From Planctomycetales bacterium (GTDB lineage Bacteria > 4484-113 > JAFGCY01), in contig CP060262.1 in assembly GCA_022646745.1 (NCBI GenBank), positions 2,640,001-2,672,000 on the forward strand: a DNA stretch of 32,000 bases, given 5' to 3'. Both the position numbers and the translations under genes were made by a program. A model generated the notes under the pieces. That model had not been told where the DNA came from and did not search any database. It saw nothing but the letters and a program-made list of their open reading frames with translations. This document shows positions 1 through 9,051 of the stretch, piece after piece; the first letter of the stretch is position 1; each line of letters begins with the position of its first letter.

Positions 1-2595
1 TTCAACCCGAACTACGCCTACATCTCAGCGCTTGAAAAGGAATACCCCTCAGCCTACCTGCGCACTGACCTGTTCCGCCGCTACATGGAAGGCCGCTTCC
101 CCAGCCCGGCGCAGCTCAACTTCGCCATTGGCGTCAAGGAAGGCAAGCTCAACAACCGTGTGTACACCACCAACTGGGACACGCTGACTGAGGATGCCTT
201 CTACTGGCTGCGTGGCACCAACTGCACCACGATCAAGGGTCCCGACCAGCTTGTGGAAGTCAAGGACGAGGAGCACCGCTACGTCATCAAGATGCACGGT
301 GACCTTGACCGCTACGATGTCCGATACCTGCGTGAGGGCATGGCCAAGCACAATGACGACCTACGTGACTTCCTCGTGAAGTCCATGAGCAATGTCGGCC
401 TTGTGATCATGGGATACAGCGGCAGTGAGTACTCCGTGATGAACATGCTGATGGAAATCGTGCATGACCATCCGGACGTGCTGTCCGGCGGTCTCTACTG
501 GGGCTACCAGGGCAACATGAAGCATGTGCCCGAGTCGATCACCGACCTGATGGCGATCGGACTGGACAAGGGCAAGGACTTCCGCATCTTCGAAACTGAC
601 GACGCGGACTTCCTCTTCGAGAAGGTTGCCACCAAGCTCGGCTTCTCCAGCATCGAGAGCGAGCTGGACGTCGCCTTCTTCCGCTTCAACAAGATGACCT
701 ACGGCGAGCTGCGTGAGCGTGAGGGCAGGGTGGTTGCCAACCTGACTGACCTCGTGCACCGTGACCTGCTTGACGAGGGCTTCCTTGTCCGCGACTACAA
801 CCTGATCCACGAGGTCTGGAAGTCCGAGACCAGCGGCATGTTCAAGAAGAAGGAAGAGAAGGAACGTGCCGCCCGTGACGCGGAGCGCAAGCTGATCAAC
901 CACTGCTTCAACGACCTCAAGCACCAGCAGTTCGCTGATGCGGAAGTGAAGCTGACCGACGTTGCCAAGCACTTCCCCGAGAACCCGCATGTCTACTGGG
1001 GTCTCGGCTGGGCCAACTACTGCATGGGCCGCTACCGCGAAGCGCTTGAGTTCTTCGACCGCTCGCTGGCTCTGGATCCCAAGAGCTGGGGCACCTACAT
1101 TGCGCGTGCGATGTGCCAGCACGACCTCGGCCAGTACGGCGAGGAGATGGCGAACTACGACAAGGTGCTCGAGCTGAAGGGCAACATTGACTACATCTGG
1201 TACAACCGCGGCCTTGCCGCCCACAAGCTCGGTGACCGCAATGCGGAGATCGAGTCCTACGAGAGCGCAGTCGCCGTCAATGGCGGTTACTACAAGGCCT
1301 GGTACAACCTCGGCCTGTGCTACTACGAGCAGGGCAACATCCTCACTTCGCTCAACTGCTTCAAGCGGGCTCGCGACATCAACGCCAAGTTCTTCAATGC
1401 GCGCTACAACTGCGGCATCCTGCTTGGCAAGATGGGCCAGGACGGCCAGTCGATCGCTGAGTTCGAGCACTGCATCGAGCTCAATGAAGACGATGACATG
1501 TCCTTCAAGCAGCGCGGCACGGCCGAGCTGATGATCTCCAAGTATGACAAGGCCCAGGAGAGCTTCGAGGAGTACACCCACACGCAGCCGGGCGATCCGG
1601 AGGCCTGGGCGAACCTCGGACTGTCATACTTCGGCACAGAGCATTACGACGAAGCGCTGGAGTATACGGACAAGTACCTTGACCGCTATCCCGAAGATGC
1701 GCGCATCTGGTACAACCGCGGCCTTGTGCTCGAGCAGCTCGGTGACCGTGAGAAGTCCATGCAGGCCTTTGACAAGTCCCTTGAGCTGAATAATGACAAC
1801 GACATGGTCTGGTACCGCAAGGCGCTGCTGCTTGGCAACATCGGCCAGTACGGCGGCCAGATCGAATTCCTCACGAAGTTCCTGAACCGCAACTCACAGG
1901 ACCTGCGAGGCTGGTTCGAACTCGGTGAGGCGAACCGCAAGCTCGGTGAGGCTGCCGAGTCCCGTGAGGAAGTGGTGCGCTACTACACCGCAGCTGTGCA
2001 GGCTTATGACAAGGCACTGGAGTGCGACCGTACCCACCTCGAGACCTGGCTCAACAAGACAGTCTCCCTCAACAGGCTGCACCGTTATGATGAGTCACTT
2101 GAGTGCATCAATTACCTGCTGCGCTACGACAAGAAGAACGCTGAGGTCTATTACCAGAAGGGCATCGCCGAGGACGGGCTGGGTGACCAGCTGTCCGCCG
2201 CCGACACCTTCGCCCAGGCGCTCAAGCTCAATGAGAACCATGCCGACAGCTACTACCGCCGAGGCCTGCTGCTCGCTGAGCTGGAGCAGTTCGCCAAGGC
2301 TGTTGACCACTTTGACAACGCCATTCGCCTGCGCCCCGACAAGTGGCAGGCCTACCACTTCAAGGGCATCTCCATCATCAAGCAGAAGGAGTATGACAAG
2401 GCCCTTGAGGTGTTTGAGGCAGCACTTGAGCGCTTTGATGACAAGCCGCGCTTCCTCGTTGACAGCGCGCTGGCCTACGTGATGAAGCGCAACATCGACG
2501 ATGCACGCAAGTGCCTCAACACGGCGATCACCCGCAACCCGAACCTCAAGGCGGAGATCCTCTCCACGCCTGAGTTCAGCGGACTGGTCAGCTAG
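1..2595 (+). CDS. SIR2-like (SIR2_2-type) N-terminal domain fused to about 15 TPR repeats; 5' end cut by the window edge
   Basis: Frame 1 is open from nt 1, with no stop before the track Met at 85. Stop codon at 2593-2595. The N-terminal part carries YTTNWD (Asn codon 172-174), IKMHGD (His codon 295-297) and GYSGSE, the motif order of SIR2_2 domains. From about nt 985 to the end there are repeated 34-aa TPR-like units, e.g. AWYNLGLCYYEQGN, IWYNRGLVLEQLGD, AYHFKGISIIKQKE. Confidence 0.8.
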   Translation, partial: FNPNYAYISALEKEYPSAYLRTDLFRRYMEGRFPSPAQLNFAIGVKEGKLNNRVYTTNWDTLTEDAFYWLRGTNCTTIKGPDQLVEVKDEEHRYVIKMHGDLDRYDVRYLREGMAKHNDDLRDFLVKSMSNVGLVIMGYSGSEYSVMNMLMEIVHDHPDVLSGGLYWGYQGNMKHVPESITDLMAIGLDKGKDFRIFETDDADFLFEKVATKLGFSSIESELDVAFFRFNKMTYGELREREGRVVANLTDLVHRDLLDEGFLVRDYNLIHEVWKSETSGMFKKKEEKERAARDAERKLINHCFNDLKHQQFADAEVKLTDVAKHFPENPHVYWGLGWANYCMGRYREALEFFDRSLALDPKSWGTYIARAMCQHDLGQYGEEMANYDKVLELKGNIDYIWYNRGLAAHKLGDRNAEIESYESAVAVNGGYYKAWYNLGLCYYEQGNILTSLNCFKRARDINAKFFNARYNCGILLGKMGQDGQSIAEFEHCIELNEDDDMSFKQRGTAELMISKYDKAQESFEEYTHTQPGDPEAWANLGLSYFGTEHYDEALEYTDKYLDRYPEDARIWYNRGLVLEQLGDREKSMQAFDKSLELNNDNDMVWYRKALLLGNIGQYGGQIEFLTKFLNRNSQDLRGWFELGEANRKLGEAAESREEVVRYYTAAVQAYDKALECDRTHLETWLNKTVSLNRLHRYDESLECINYLLRYDKKNAEVYYQKGIAEDGLGDQLSAADTFAQALKLNENHADSYYRRGLLLAELEQFAKAVDHFDNAIRLRPDKWQAYHFKGISIIKQKEYDKALEVFEAALERFDDKPRFLVDSALAYVMKRNIDDARKCLNTAITRNPNLKAEILSTPEFSGLVS

Positions 2596-2602
2596 GAACC
2601 AA

Positions 2603-3421
2603 TCAGACTATTCCGGCATGGCCGGGGGCGGCGTCCTCGTCGTCCCCGGCTGCCAGTTTTCTGAGTTCGTCGGGCAGGTTGAACTCCTGCAGGCGCTGCC
2701 GCAGGTCAGCTTCGTAGGACTCCTCCCCATCCTGCCGACGCAGTTCATGCAGGCCGTCCAGCTCTGCAAACATCTCCTGGGAGTCCATGCGGGCATCAGT
2801 CAGCCGTGCGGAGGCCTGCTGCTCGGCGCGGCGCAGGTCATTCCAGCGCTGGCGCAGGGCGTCCTCCATCAGGCTGATGTCCTCCAGCAGCATGGCGTGG
2901 ATCCCGAATGCGCGGATCCGTTCGTAGTAGCGGGCATTGGCGCGGGCTGCATCAATCTGGCTGACGAGCTGCTCGATGCTGGAGCGCAGGCGGATCGTGT
3001 CGAACCAGTACTGCTCGGCACGCTCAATGTCCTTCGTAAGCTTGTCCAGCCGGGAATCAAGGTCCTCGAGCTTCGCCTGTGTGTTCGGGTAGTGGCTGGT
3101 GGACAGCTTCGGCAGCCTGGCCCGTTCCGCATCGCGTGCATCCACCAGTTGCTGCCATTCCTGTTCCCACTCCTCCCGCTCGCCCGGGACCAGCACCCTG
3201 GTTACGCTGCGGCTCTGGACGGTCAGGGAACTTGTATGGACGCGCAGGTAGGCTTCCCAGGCATCCAGCACCTTCTGCTGGGAGATCTCCGTCTGCTGGT
3301 AATCGTGGTAACTCTGGCTGGCAAAGTGGTAAGCGGCCAGTGGCACGCTGAGCCAGATCAGCATGATGAATACCTTGAATGCCAACTTGGTGATATTGTA
3401 ACCAATATGGATCGCAGTCAC
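2603..3421 (-). CDS. hypothetical membrane-anchored coiled-coil protein
   Basis: 272-codon ORF with the window's usual codon bias (CTG, CAG, GAC, GCC). The co-located + frame (2501-3421) translates to antisense-like Leu/Gly/Val-rich sequence. The N-terminal KLAFKVFIMLIWLSVPLAAYHF looks like one TM helix. The rest is Glu/Arg/Gln/Leu-rich and heptad-like. The start is uncertain: GTG 3421, TTG 3385 or ATG 3364. Confidence 0.6.
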   Translation of the reverse strand: MTAIHIGYNITKLAFKVFIMLIWLSVPLAAYHFASQSYHDYQQTEISQQKVLDAWEAYLRVHTSSLTVQSRSVTRVLVPGEREEWEQEWQQLVDARDAERARLPKLSTSHYPNTQAKLEDLDSRLDKLTKDIERAEQYWFDTIRLRSSIEQLVSQIDAARANARYYERIRAFGIHAMLLEDISLMEDALRQRWNDLRRAEQQASARLTDARMDSQEMFAELDGLHELRRQDGEESYEADLRQRLQEFNLPDELRKLAAGDDEDAAPGHAGIV

Positions 3422-4129
3422 ATGGAAGTGGCCCTGCTGGTGATCGGTAACGAGATCCTGCGGGGGGACACCCTGGACAGCAACAGCAACTTCCTGGCGG
3501 GACAGCTGGCGAAACGTGGTGCGCGCCTGCGCCGGATCCTGACCATCCCCGATGAACTGGAGCTGATAGCAAGCGAACTGCGTACGCTGGCGGGACAGTA
3601 TGACAAGGTGATCACTAGCGGTGGCATCGGACCCACCCCTGACGACCTGACCCGCGATGCAGTTGCCATGGCATTCGGTGTCGGGCTCGTGCTGTATGAG
3701 GATGCCGTGGAAGAGTGGCGGGCTCGCCGGGGAACTGAGCTGAATGAAGGTCAGCTGGCGATGTGCACCCTGCCTGAGGGATCAAGGCTGATCAGGACCC
3801 GGACCACACCTGCGCCAGGCTTTGCAATCGGCAATGTCTACGTGCTGGCCGGGGTACCATCAGTGATGAAGGAGATGTGGTCCGCGATCGCGGATGAATT
3901 CAGCGGCACTGTGCAGCATGTTGCCAGTTTCCAGGTGCGGATGCCCGAGTCCCGCTTCGCCGCCGTGTTACGGGATTACCAGCTGCGGTTCCCGGAGCTG
4001 GATTTCGGCAGCTACCCGAAGATGGAAGGAGAGTGGTATACGGAGATTAAGGTACACGGAGATGATCCCGCCGCTGTCGCCGAGGTTGGCAGCCAGCTCG
4101 AGGCAGACATTACGGCGCTTGGGGCCTGA
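3422..4129 (+). CDS. CinA-like / MoCF-biosynthesis (COG1058-type) domain protein
   Basis: ATG at 3422 gives MEVALLVIGNEILRGDTLDSNSNFLAGQL...VITSGGIGPTPDDLTRDAV, the canonical CinA N-terminal / MoaB-MogA-like signature. The track's 542-aa ORF starting at 2501 is an artefactual 5' extension. Confidence 0.8.
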   Translation: MEVALLVIGNEILRGDTLDSNSNFLAGQLAKRGARLRRILTIPDELELIASELRTLAGQYDKVITSGGIGPTPDDLTRDAVAMAFGVGLVLYEDAVEEWRARRGTELNEGQLAMCTLPEGSRLIRTRTTPAPGFAIGNVYVLAGVPSVMKEMWSAIADEFSGTVQHVASFQVRMPESRFAAVLRDYQLRFPELDFGSYPKMEGEWYTEIKVHGDDPAAVAEVGSQLEADITALGA

Positions 4130-4130
4130 G

Positions 4131-4838
4131 TCAGTCCGCTTCGCTGCCCATCAGCCTGCTGCAGAACTCTCGGACCGCCTGCCTGGCCTCCGAGTCGCCG
4201 AATCCACGACCTGCCAGGAAGCCCATCATTGATGCGGAAAGCTTGCCCCTGATTTCCATTTCAATACGGCGGTCGGCGGAATCGCCAATCCTGCGCCTGT
4301 ATTGATCCAGCTTGCCCTCGTAGGTGCGGCGCTTGCCTTCCAGCAATTCCATCGCCGCGCTGAAGCTATCCACTCCGGAACAGTGCTCGCTGACCATCCG
4401 TTGGGCCAGCTGCCTGTCGCAGCCCCGCCGCAGCAGTTCCTGCTGCAGCTTCGGAGCGCCGATCGAGCCCCGGGCCATCAGCTGTTCGGTAATGGTCTGG
4501 GCGGCGCGCTCATCATCGAGGAATCCGCGCTCACGGCAGAGCCGGATCACTTCATCGACAAGGTCCATCTCCCGGCTGCGCTGCGCCAGCTTGCGTTCCA
4601 GCTCACGGGCGAAGTGCTCACGGCGCGCCAGCAGGCGGCAGGCGCGGTCGTACATCAGGTGGAAGCGGGACATGCGCTCAGTGCGTTGCCATTCTTCCAA
4701 TGGGACCTCAAAGCCGGCCTCCCACCAGTGCGGCACCGTGCCGGCAGGCAGCAGGATCGGCTCCCCCTCATTGGGAACCACCTCCATCCACTTCTCGCTG
4801 CGCCGGAGCCTGAGCTGGGTGATGACTGGCACAGCCAC
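4131..4838 (-). CDS. recX: RecX family recombination regulator
   Basis: LLARREHFARELERKLAQR..., ERGFLDDERAAQ and PKLQQELLRRGCDRQLAQ are three-helix RecX repeats. GTG start at 4838. Its stop lies 1 nt from the stop of the convergent upstream gene. Confidence 0.8.
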   Translation of the reverse strand: MAVPVITQLRLRRSEKWMEVVPNEGEPILLPAGTVPHWWEAGFEVPLEEWQRTERMSRFHLMYDRACRLLARREHFARELERKLAQRSREMDLVDEVIRLCRERGFLDDERAAQTITEQLMARGSIGAPKLQQELLRRGCDRQLAQRMVSEHCSGVDSFSAAMELLEGKRRTYEGKLDQYRRRIGDSADRRIEMEIRGKLSASMMGFLAGRGFGDSEARQAVREFCSRLMGSEAD

Positions 4839-4852
4839 AGCTTAGCGCGTGC

Positions 4853-4858
4853 CATAAT
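4853..4858 (+). promoter_or_regulatory. candidate -10 box CATAAT, 5 nt upstream of the cca GTG
   Basis: The only AT-rich hexamer in the 25-nt recX/cca divergent spacer. No SD precedes GTG 4864. Confidence 0.25.
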
Positions 4859-4863
4859 GAGCC

Positions 4864-6330
4864 GTGGGATTGCGGCGGCTGTTAGAGGGAATGCAGGAGC
4901 TCAAGGTGCTGCTCGCGGGCCTGCCAGACCCCGGCGGGGAATGCTGGGTGGTCGGCGGGGCCCTGCGTGACGCCTGGCTCGGACGTCCCGTGCATGACAT
5001 CGACCTTGCAGTGCCAGATCCGATTTCCCCTGTGGTCGAGCTGCTTGAACGCCATACCGGCCACAACGCCCACACAGTGAACCAGAAGTTCGCTTCCGCC
5101 CGGATCGTTGCCAACGATTATGAGATAGACGTCACTCCGTTGAACGGTGACAGCATCGAGGCCGACCTCCGGCGCAGGGACTACTGCATCAACGCACTGG
5201 CTGTACCACTGTCAGTGGTGCTGTCAGGCAATGCCCAGCCGCGTGATGTGATTGCCGATCCAAACGCGCTGGATGACCTGGAGGCCGGGCGGCTGAGGCT
5301 CGTCAGCGCGGCTGCCCTGACTGATGACCCATTGCGCGTGCTGCGGGGTTTCCGGCTGGCGGCCCAGCTGCAGATGGAGCCTGACAACGCCTGCCGGGAG
5401 GCCTGGCGGGTACATGCTGCTGACCTGCGCAAGACCTCCGGCGAACGCCAGCGTGAGGAACTGGTTCGCTGGTTCTCGCTGGGGCAGCTCGATACGGGGC
5501 TGCTGCAGATCTGCGCGGATGCTGGAGTGCTGTGGCAGCTTTTCCCGGCACTCAGCGACAGTGTGGGCTGCACCCAGAACCACTACCACCACCTGGATGT
5601 GTGGGACCACACACTGCTTGCCCTGAGGCAGCTTGACGGACTGCTGGAACAGTTGCCCGGACCGCTTGTGGAATTCACCGGCGCGTTCTCGCAGGCGATG
5701 GCAATGCAGCTCGATGGTGGTGCGAGTGTCCTGGCACTGACACGCCTGTCCCTGCTGCTGCATGATGTCGGCAAACCGGCCACCCGCAGGGATGAGGCAA
5801 ATGGCTATGTCAGCTTCATCGGCCACCAGAAGGTCGGAGTCGAACTTGTTGAGGAGGATTTCCGCAGGCTGCGCTTCTCCTCGGCGGAGCAGGACTTCCT
5901 GCACAGGATGATCCATGAACACCTGCGGCTCGGTTTCTACAGTGACAACGACCCGCTGCCTGCCAAGTTGATCTACCGCTTCATCCGGACGCTCGGCAAT
6001 GCGACCCTGCCTCAACTGCTGCACAGCCTGGCGGACTGCGCTGCCGCGCTTGGCAGCGACAGTGAGGAAAGCATACAGCGGCACATCAGCGCCGCGAGGC
6101 AGGTCGCTGACAACTACGTCAATGACAGCCATGTGGCACGGCCACCGGTTCTGCTCAACGGTGAGGAGATCATGCGCCTCCTGTCCCTGCGCCCCGGCCC
6201 GGCAGTCGGACGCTACAAGCGCGCCATGCTGGAAGCGACGGCAGAAGGCTGGATCAGCAGCCCACAGGATGCACGCGAATTCCTTGCCGGGCTGGCCGGG
6301 GATACAGGGCGTGAATTGAACGGCGGTTGA
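4864..6330 (+). CDS. cca: CCA-adding tRNA nucleotidyltransferase (PolyA_pol head domain + HD domain)
   Basis: VVGGALRDAWLGRPVHDIDLAV is the GGxVRD...DxD nucleotidyltransferase motif. LLLHDVGKP is the HD motif. GTG 4864 is the longest start; in-frame ATG 4891 is an alternative. Confidence 0.85.
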   Translation: MGLRRLLEGMQELKVLLAGLPDPGGECWVVGGALRDAWLGRPVHDIDLAVPDPISPVVELLERHTGHNAHTVNQKFASARIVANDYEIDVTPLNGDSIEADLRRRDYCINALAVPLSVVLSGNAQPRDVIADPNALDDLEAGRLRLVSAAALTDDPLRVLRGFRLAAQLQMEPDNACREAWRVHAADLRKTSGERQREELVRWFSLGQLDTGLLQICADAGVLWQLFPALSDSVGCTQNHYHHLDVWDHTLLALRQLDGLLEQLPGPLVEFTGAFSQAMAMQLDGGASVLALTRLSLLLHDVGKPATRRDEANGYVSFIGHQKVGVELVEEDFRRLRFSSAEQDFLHRMIHEHLRLGFYSDNDPLPAKLIYRFIRTLGNATLPQLLHSLADCAAALGSDSEESIQRHISAARQVADNYVNDSHVARPPVLLNGEEIMRLLSLRPGPAVGRYKRAMLEATAEGWISSPQDAREFLAGLAGDTGRELNGG

Positions 6331-7776
6331 TCAGCGACTCGCTTCGAGCCGTTCGCGGATGGTTGCCACCAGTTCACTGCGGCTGATGGTGAACTGCTGC
6401 TTCTGCTCCTTCCACTCGTCACGGTCCTCCACCTGCTCGGCGATCCGCCGTCCAAGTTCGAGGTCCTTGATGCTCAGCTCTGACTTCTCGAACTCATCAC
6501 TTCCGGCGATCACTGCATAGGGGATGCCCAGCCGGTCTGCGTACTTGAGCTGCTTCTGCAGGTTGCCGCCGCCGAGGAACATCTCGGCCGGGATGCCGGC
6601 ATTGCGCAGCTCACTTGTGATCTCAATGTAGTCAGCCGTGCGTGACTTGTCCATCACGGTCACCAGCACTTCGCTTGTGGCCCGGCGCTGGTCGATGCGG
6701 CCAAGCTCAGTCAGGGCCGCCAGCAACCTGTCAACGCCGACACTGGCTCCGACAGCCGGCACACCCTGGCCCTCGCCAAGGAAGCGCTCAACGAGATCGT
6801 CATAGCGTCCCCCGCCGAACACCGAACCATAGCTAGGAAGGTCAGTCAGTGTCACTTCGAACACAGGGCCAGTGTAGTAACCCAGCCCGCGGGCGAGGTG
6901 CAGGTCGAAGATCCAGTTGGAACCGCGCATGCCAAAGGCATCCAGCATGCTGATCAGCTCCTCGATCTCGTCCAGGCCTTCGTTGCCAAGCTGGTTTCCG
7001 GTGAACAGGCTGCGTGCGGCGGACAGTGACTCATTGGCATCGCCGGAATTGGGCAGGTCCAGGAAGGCGTCAATCTTCGTGATCTGGTCGACATCAAGTC
7101 CGAGGCCGGGGATCAGCGCCCCGCTCTCGTCCTTCAGGCCGGGGCCCAGCTCCAGCCGGATGCGCTCGCGGTCGAACTTGTCGAGCTTGTCAATCACCCG
7201 GTAGATGTCGCGGCCCTGCTGCACATTCGCTCCGCAGTACTCCCCAAGCGCATTGAGGATCTTGCGGTTGCTGAAGCGGATCACGTAGTTGCGCACCTGC
7301 AGGCGGCGGAAGATCGCATCCACCACCGCCAGGATCTCCGCATCAGCCGCCAGGCTGGCGCTGCCAACCGTGTCGATGTCGAACTGCTGGAACTCGCGGA
7401 AGCGGCCCGGCTCGGGCTTGTCCCAGCGGAACACGCTGCCGGTCTGGTAGCGGCGGAAGGGACGCGGGATATCCTGGAAGTTCTGGCAGAACAGGCGGGA
7501 CAGGGGTACTGTCAGGTCATAGCGCAGGCCGACCTGCTCCTTGTCCTGGTTCTCAAAATGGAAGATGTTGGCAAGCTGCTCCGCCGAGGGCTCTGCTCCG
7601 AGCAGGGCTTCACGGGCCTCCATCACTGGGGTGTCCAGCGGCAGGAAGCCGAAAGTCCGGCAGACGGCTTCGATCTCACTGAGCATTTCCCTGCGCGCGC
7701 GCGCCAGCTCGGGCCAGCTGTCCTGCATGCCCTTGAGCAGTCGCGCCTTCACCTTCTGATTCCGTTCTCCAGACAT
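6331..7776 (-). CDS. hisS: histidyl-tRNA synthetase (long form with the LRYDLTVP motif)
   Basis: GMQDSWPE..., LRYDLTVPLSR, FRRYQTGSVFRWDKPEPGRFREFQQFDIDTVG (motif 2), GGGRYDDL and a C-terminal anticodon-binding domain. ATG at 7776 lies 6 nt after GAGGAG. The track start (GTG 7779) is one codon upstream. Confidence 0.9.
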   Translation of the reverse strand: MSGERNQKVKARLLKGMQDSWPELARARREMLSEIEAVCRTFGFLPLDTPVMEAREALLGAEPSAEQLANIFHFENQDKEQVGLRYDLTVPLSRLFCQNFQDIPRPFRRYQTGSVFRWDKPEPGRFREFQQFDIDTVGSASLAADAEILAVVDAIFRRLQVRNYVIRFSNRKILNALGEYCGANVQQGRDIYRVIDKLDKFDRERIRLELGPGLKDESGALIPGLGLDVDQITKIDAFLDLPNSGDANESLSAARSLFTGNQLGNEGLDEIEELISMLDAFGMRGSNWIFDLHLARGLGYYTGPVFEVTLTDLPSYGSVFGGGRYDDLVERFLGEGQGVPAVGASVGVDRLLAALTELGRIDQRRATSEVLVTVMDKSRTADYIEITSELRNAGIPAEMFLGGGNLQKQLKYADRLGIPYAVIAGSDEFEKSELSIKDLELGRRIAEQVEDRDEWKEQKQQFTISRSELVATIRERLEASR

Positions 7777-7779
7777 CAC

Positions 7780-8006
7780 TTACTCCTCGTTCACGGAGCG
7801 AAAGTCTACTTTCGAACCGTGCCCGGTGCAAGTGCTGACTGAAAATCGCTCTCATTTTTACTAATGAGGGGACATTAAAGAGTAATAATGTCTGATAAGT
7901 GGTATTCTCATTCCGTAATGCAATTGTGACTTGGATCATCACGCAGCCCAGGCTGCAATGACCACAAGCCGAATCTGCCTCATGGCATCAACAAGGAAGT
8001 GTGGCA
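7780..8006. promoter_or_regulatory. AT-rich divergent intergenic region between hisS (-) and lipoprotein 1 (+)
   Basis: The longest non-coding stretch in the window. GC drops visibly across about 7840-7945. It contains TTGGAT-N17-TGCAAT (7931-7959) on the + strand and a small hairpin cgaaag-tcta-ctttcg (7799-7814) in the hisS leader. No specific site is proven. Confidence 0.4.
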
Positions 8007-8825
8007 ATGGTCGGTAAGTTAAGGCATCTGATAATGGCATGCGCAATAGCGCTGGCAGTGGCAGCGTGTACTGCCCCGAGCGGGAACGGCTACATCGACT
8101 TCACCCCTGCGGATGACACAGCGCTGGCTGGCGTGGTCCAGCTTCCCGGTACAGGAAACACAGAGGAACCGCGCGCAGTGGCGGCACTGGAATCAGTCGG
8201 TGTGAACCCGATTGACTATATTGATACCGGCGGCACCGTGACGGACCAGGGCAATGCTGTCCAGCTGGATTGTGCGGTCGGCAGCTGCAGCTGGGCGATG
8301 TATTCCTTCGAGATCCAGGACCGTGACATGCAGGCCCTGCGCCTGCAGCTTGGCTTCAGTGCAGCCGAGGAGTGCTGGGTCGGTGTCGGCAACTTCGACA
8401 GCGGCCGCTGGCAGTGGCAAAAGCTCAGTGGGGCAGGGCCCCACAGCCGCTCACTTATCCAGAGTGCAAATGAATTCCAGTCACCGCTGGGCCGGCTGTA
8501 CTTCATCGTGCTGGCCTATGATGACAATGATGTAACGGTCTCAGACCTGCAGATAGACCATGACGTACAGGTGGCCGCGCCAACCTACATCGCTGATATC
8601 GCGCCGCTGCTCAACGGCAGCACCGGAGAGAAGTCCTGCACCGGCTGCCACGGCGGAATCAGCCCTAACCTTGAAACCTATACAGCTGTGAAGAACAACG
8701 CGAACGCAGTGATGGCTTCCGTGAAGCAATCATCCGGATGGATGCCTCCCAATGGCTCCCAGTGGAGCCAGGCCAACCAGGACCTGTTCCAGGCCTGGAT
8801 TGACGCCGGGAAACCTGAGTCGTAA
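8007..8825 (+). CDS. lipoprotein paralog 1: unknown beta-rich domain + C-terminal CxxCH (PSCyt1-like) module, no Ig-like repeat
   Basis: AAGGAAG lies 7 nt before ATG 8007. Signal peptide with lipobox ALAVAAC. The C-terminus reads APTYIADIAPLL...SCTGCHGG...GWMPP...FQAWIDAGKP. Paralogous to the next two genes. Confidence 0.75.
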   Translation: MVGKLRHLIMACAIALAVAACTAPSGNGYIDFTPADDTALAGVVQLPGTGNTEEPRAVAALESVGVNPIDYIDTGGTVTDQGNAVQLDCAVGSCSWAMYSFEIQDRDMQALRLQLGFSAAEECWVGVGNFDSGRWQWQKLSGAGPHSRSLIQSANEFQSPLGRLYFIVLAYDDNDVTVSDLQIDHDVQVAAPTYIADIAPLLNGSTGEKSCTGCHGGISPNLETYTAVKNNANAVMASVKQSSGWMPPNGSQWSQANQDLFQAWIDAGKPES

Positions 8826-8855
8826 TTCCCCCCGCATAGCTTACCGATTTCTGTT

Positions 8856-8887
8856 CAGGGCCTGCAGTCGCAGGCCCTGTTCTTTAT
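8856..8887 (+). terminator. intrinsic terminator after lipoprotein 1
   Basis: Perfect 10-bp stem cagggcctgc / gcaggccctg (8856-8865 / 8870-8879) with 4-nt loop agtc, followed by ttctttat. Confidence 0.65.
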
Positions 8888-9051
8888 CCGGACAAAATTA
8901 AATTTCAGTTGCGGAACAACTAGTTGATATGGTAGTCTCAAGTAACGGATGTTTATGGGATATGCAATCGGCAAGGGAAGCCGGTTGCCCCTCACCAGTG
9001 GGGAAACTGGATTTCCGGGCCGGCTGAATCAAACTAACACGAGGTTTCAAG

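Noticed and set aside
361-1581. 406-aa ORF antisense to the SIR2-TPR gene
   Set aside because: Its translation is Leu/Val/Ala/Gly-rich with no motifs, as expected for the reverse frame of a GC-rich gene. The sense frame has clear SIR2 and TPR signatures.
2501-3421. 5' two-thirds of the 542-aa + strand ORF, upstream of the CinA-like domain
   Set aside because: Low-complexity, antisense-looking translation. The opposite strand encodes a plausible TM + coiled-coil protein with normal codon bias. The CinA-like domain has its own canonical N-terminus at ATG 3422.
1-4129. Functional link between the SIR2-like NADase candidate and the nearby CinA-like (COG1058, ADP-ribose pyrophosphatase family) gene
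   Set aside because: Thematically tempting, as both relate to NAD/ADPR metabolism. But the two genes are separated by an oppositely oriented gene and cannot be co-transcribed. Proximity alone is not evidence.
5224-6132. 302-aa ORF antisense to cca
   Set aside because: Shadow ORF in a GC-rich gene with no recognisable motifs. The sense strand carries the GGxxRD and HD motifs.
7790-7830. tRNA-like GGTTCGAA element and possible T-box leader upstream of hisS
   Set aside because: No flanking T-stem complement and no acceptor or anticodon arms. The conserved T-box sequence (or its complement) is absent from 7780-8000. Only a small hairpin is present.
8975-9051. Alternative hairpins in the leader of lipoprotein 2 (cccctcaccagtgggg vs ccagtggggaaactgg; ggaaa-ctgga-tttcc) as a riboswitch or attenuator
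   Set aside because: The stems are short, with no recognisable riboswitch consensus, and the TSS is unknown. Without covariation data this is indistinguishable from chance pairing in GC-rich DNA.
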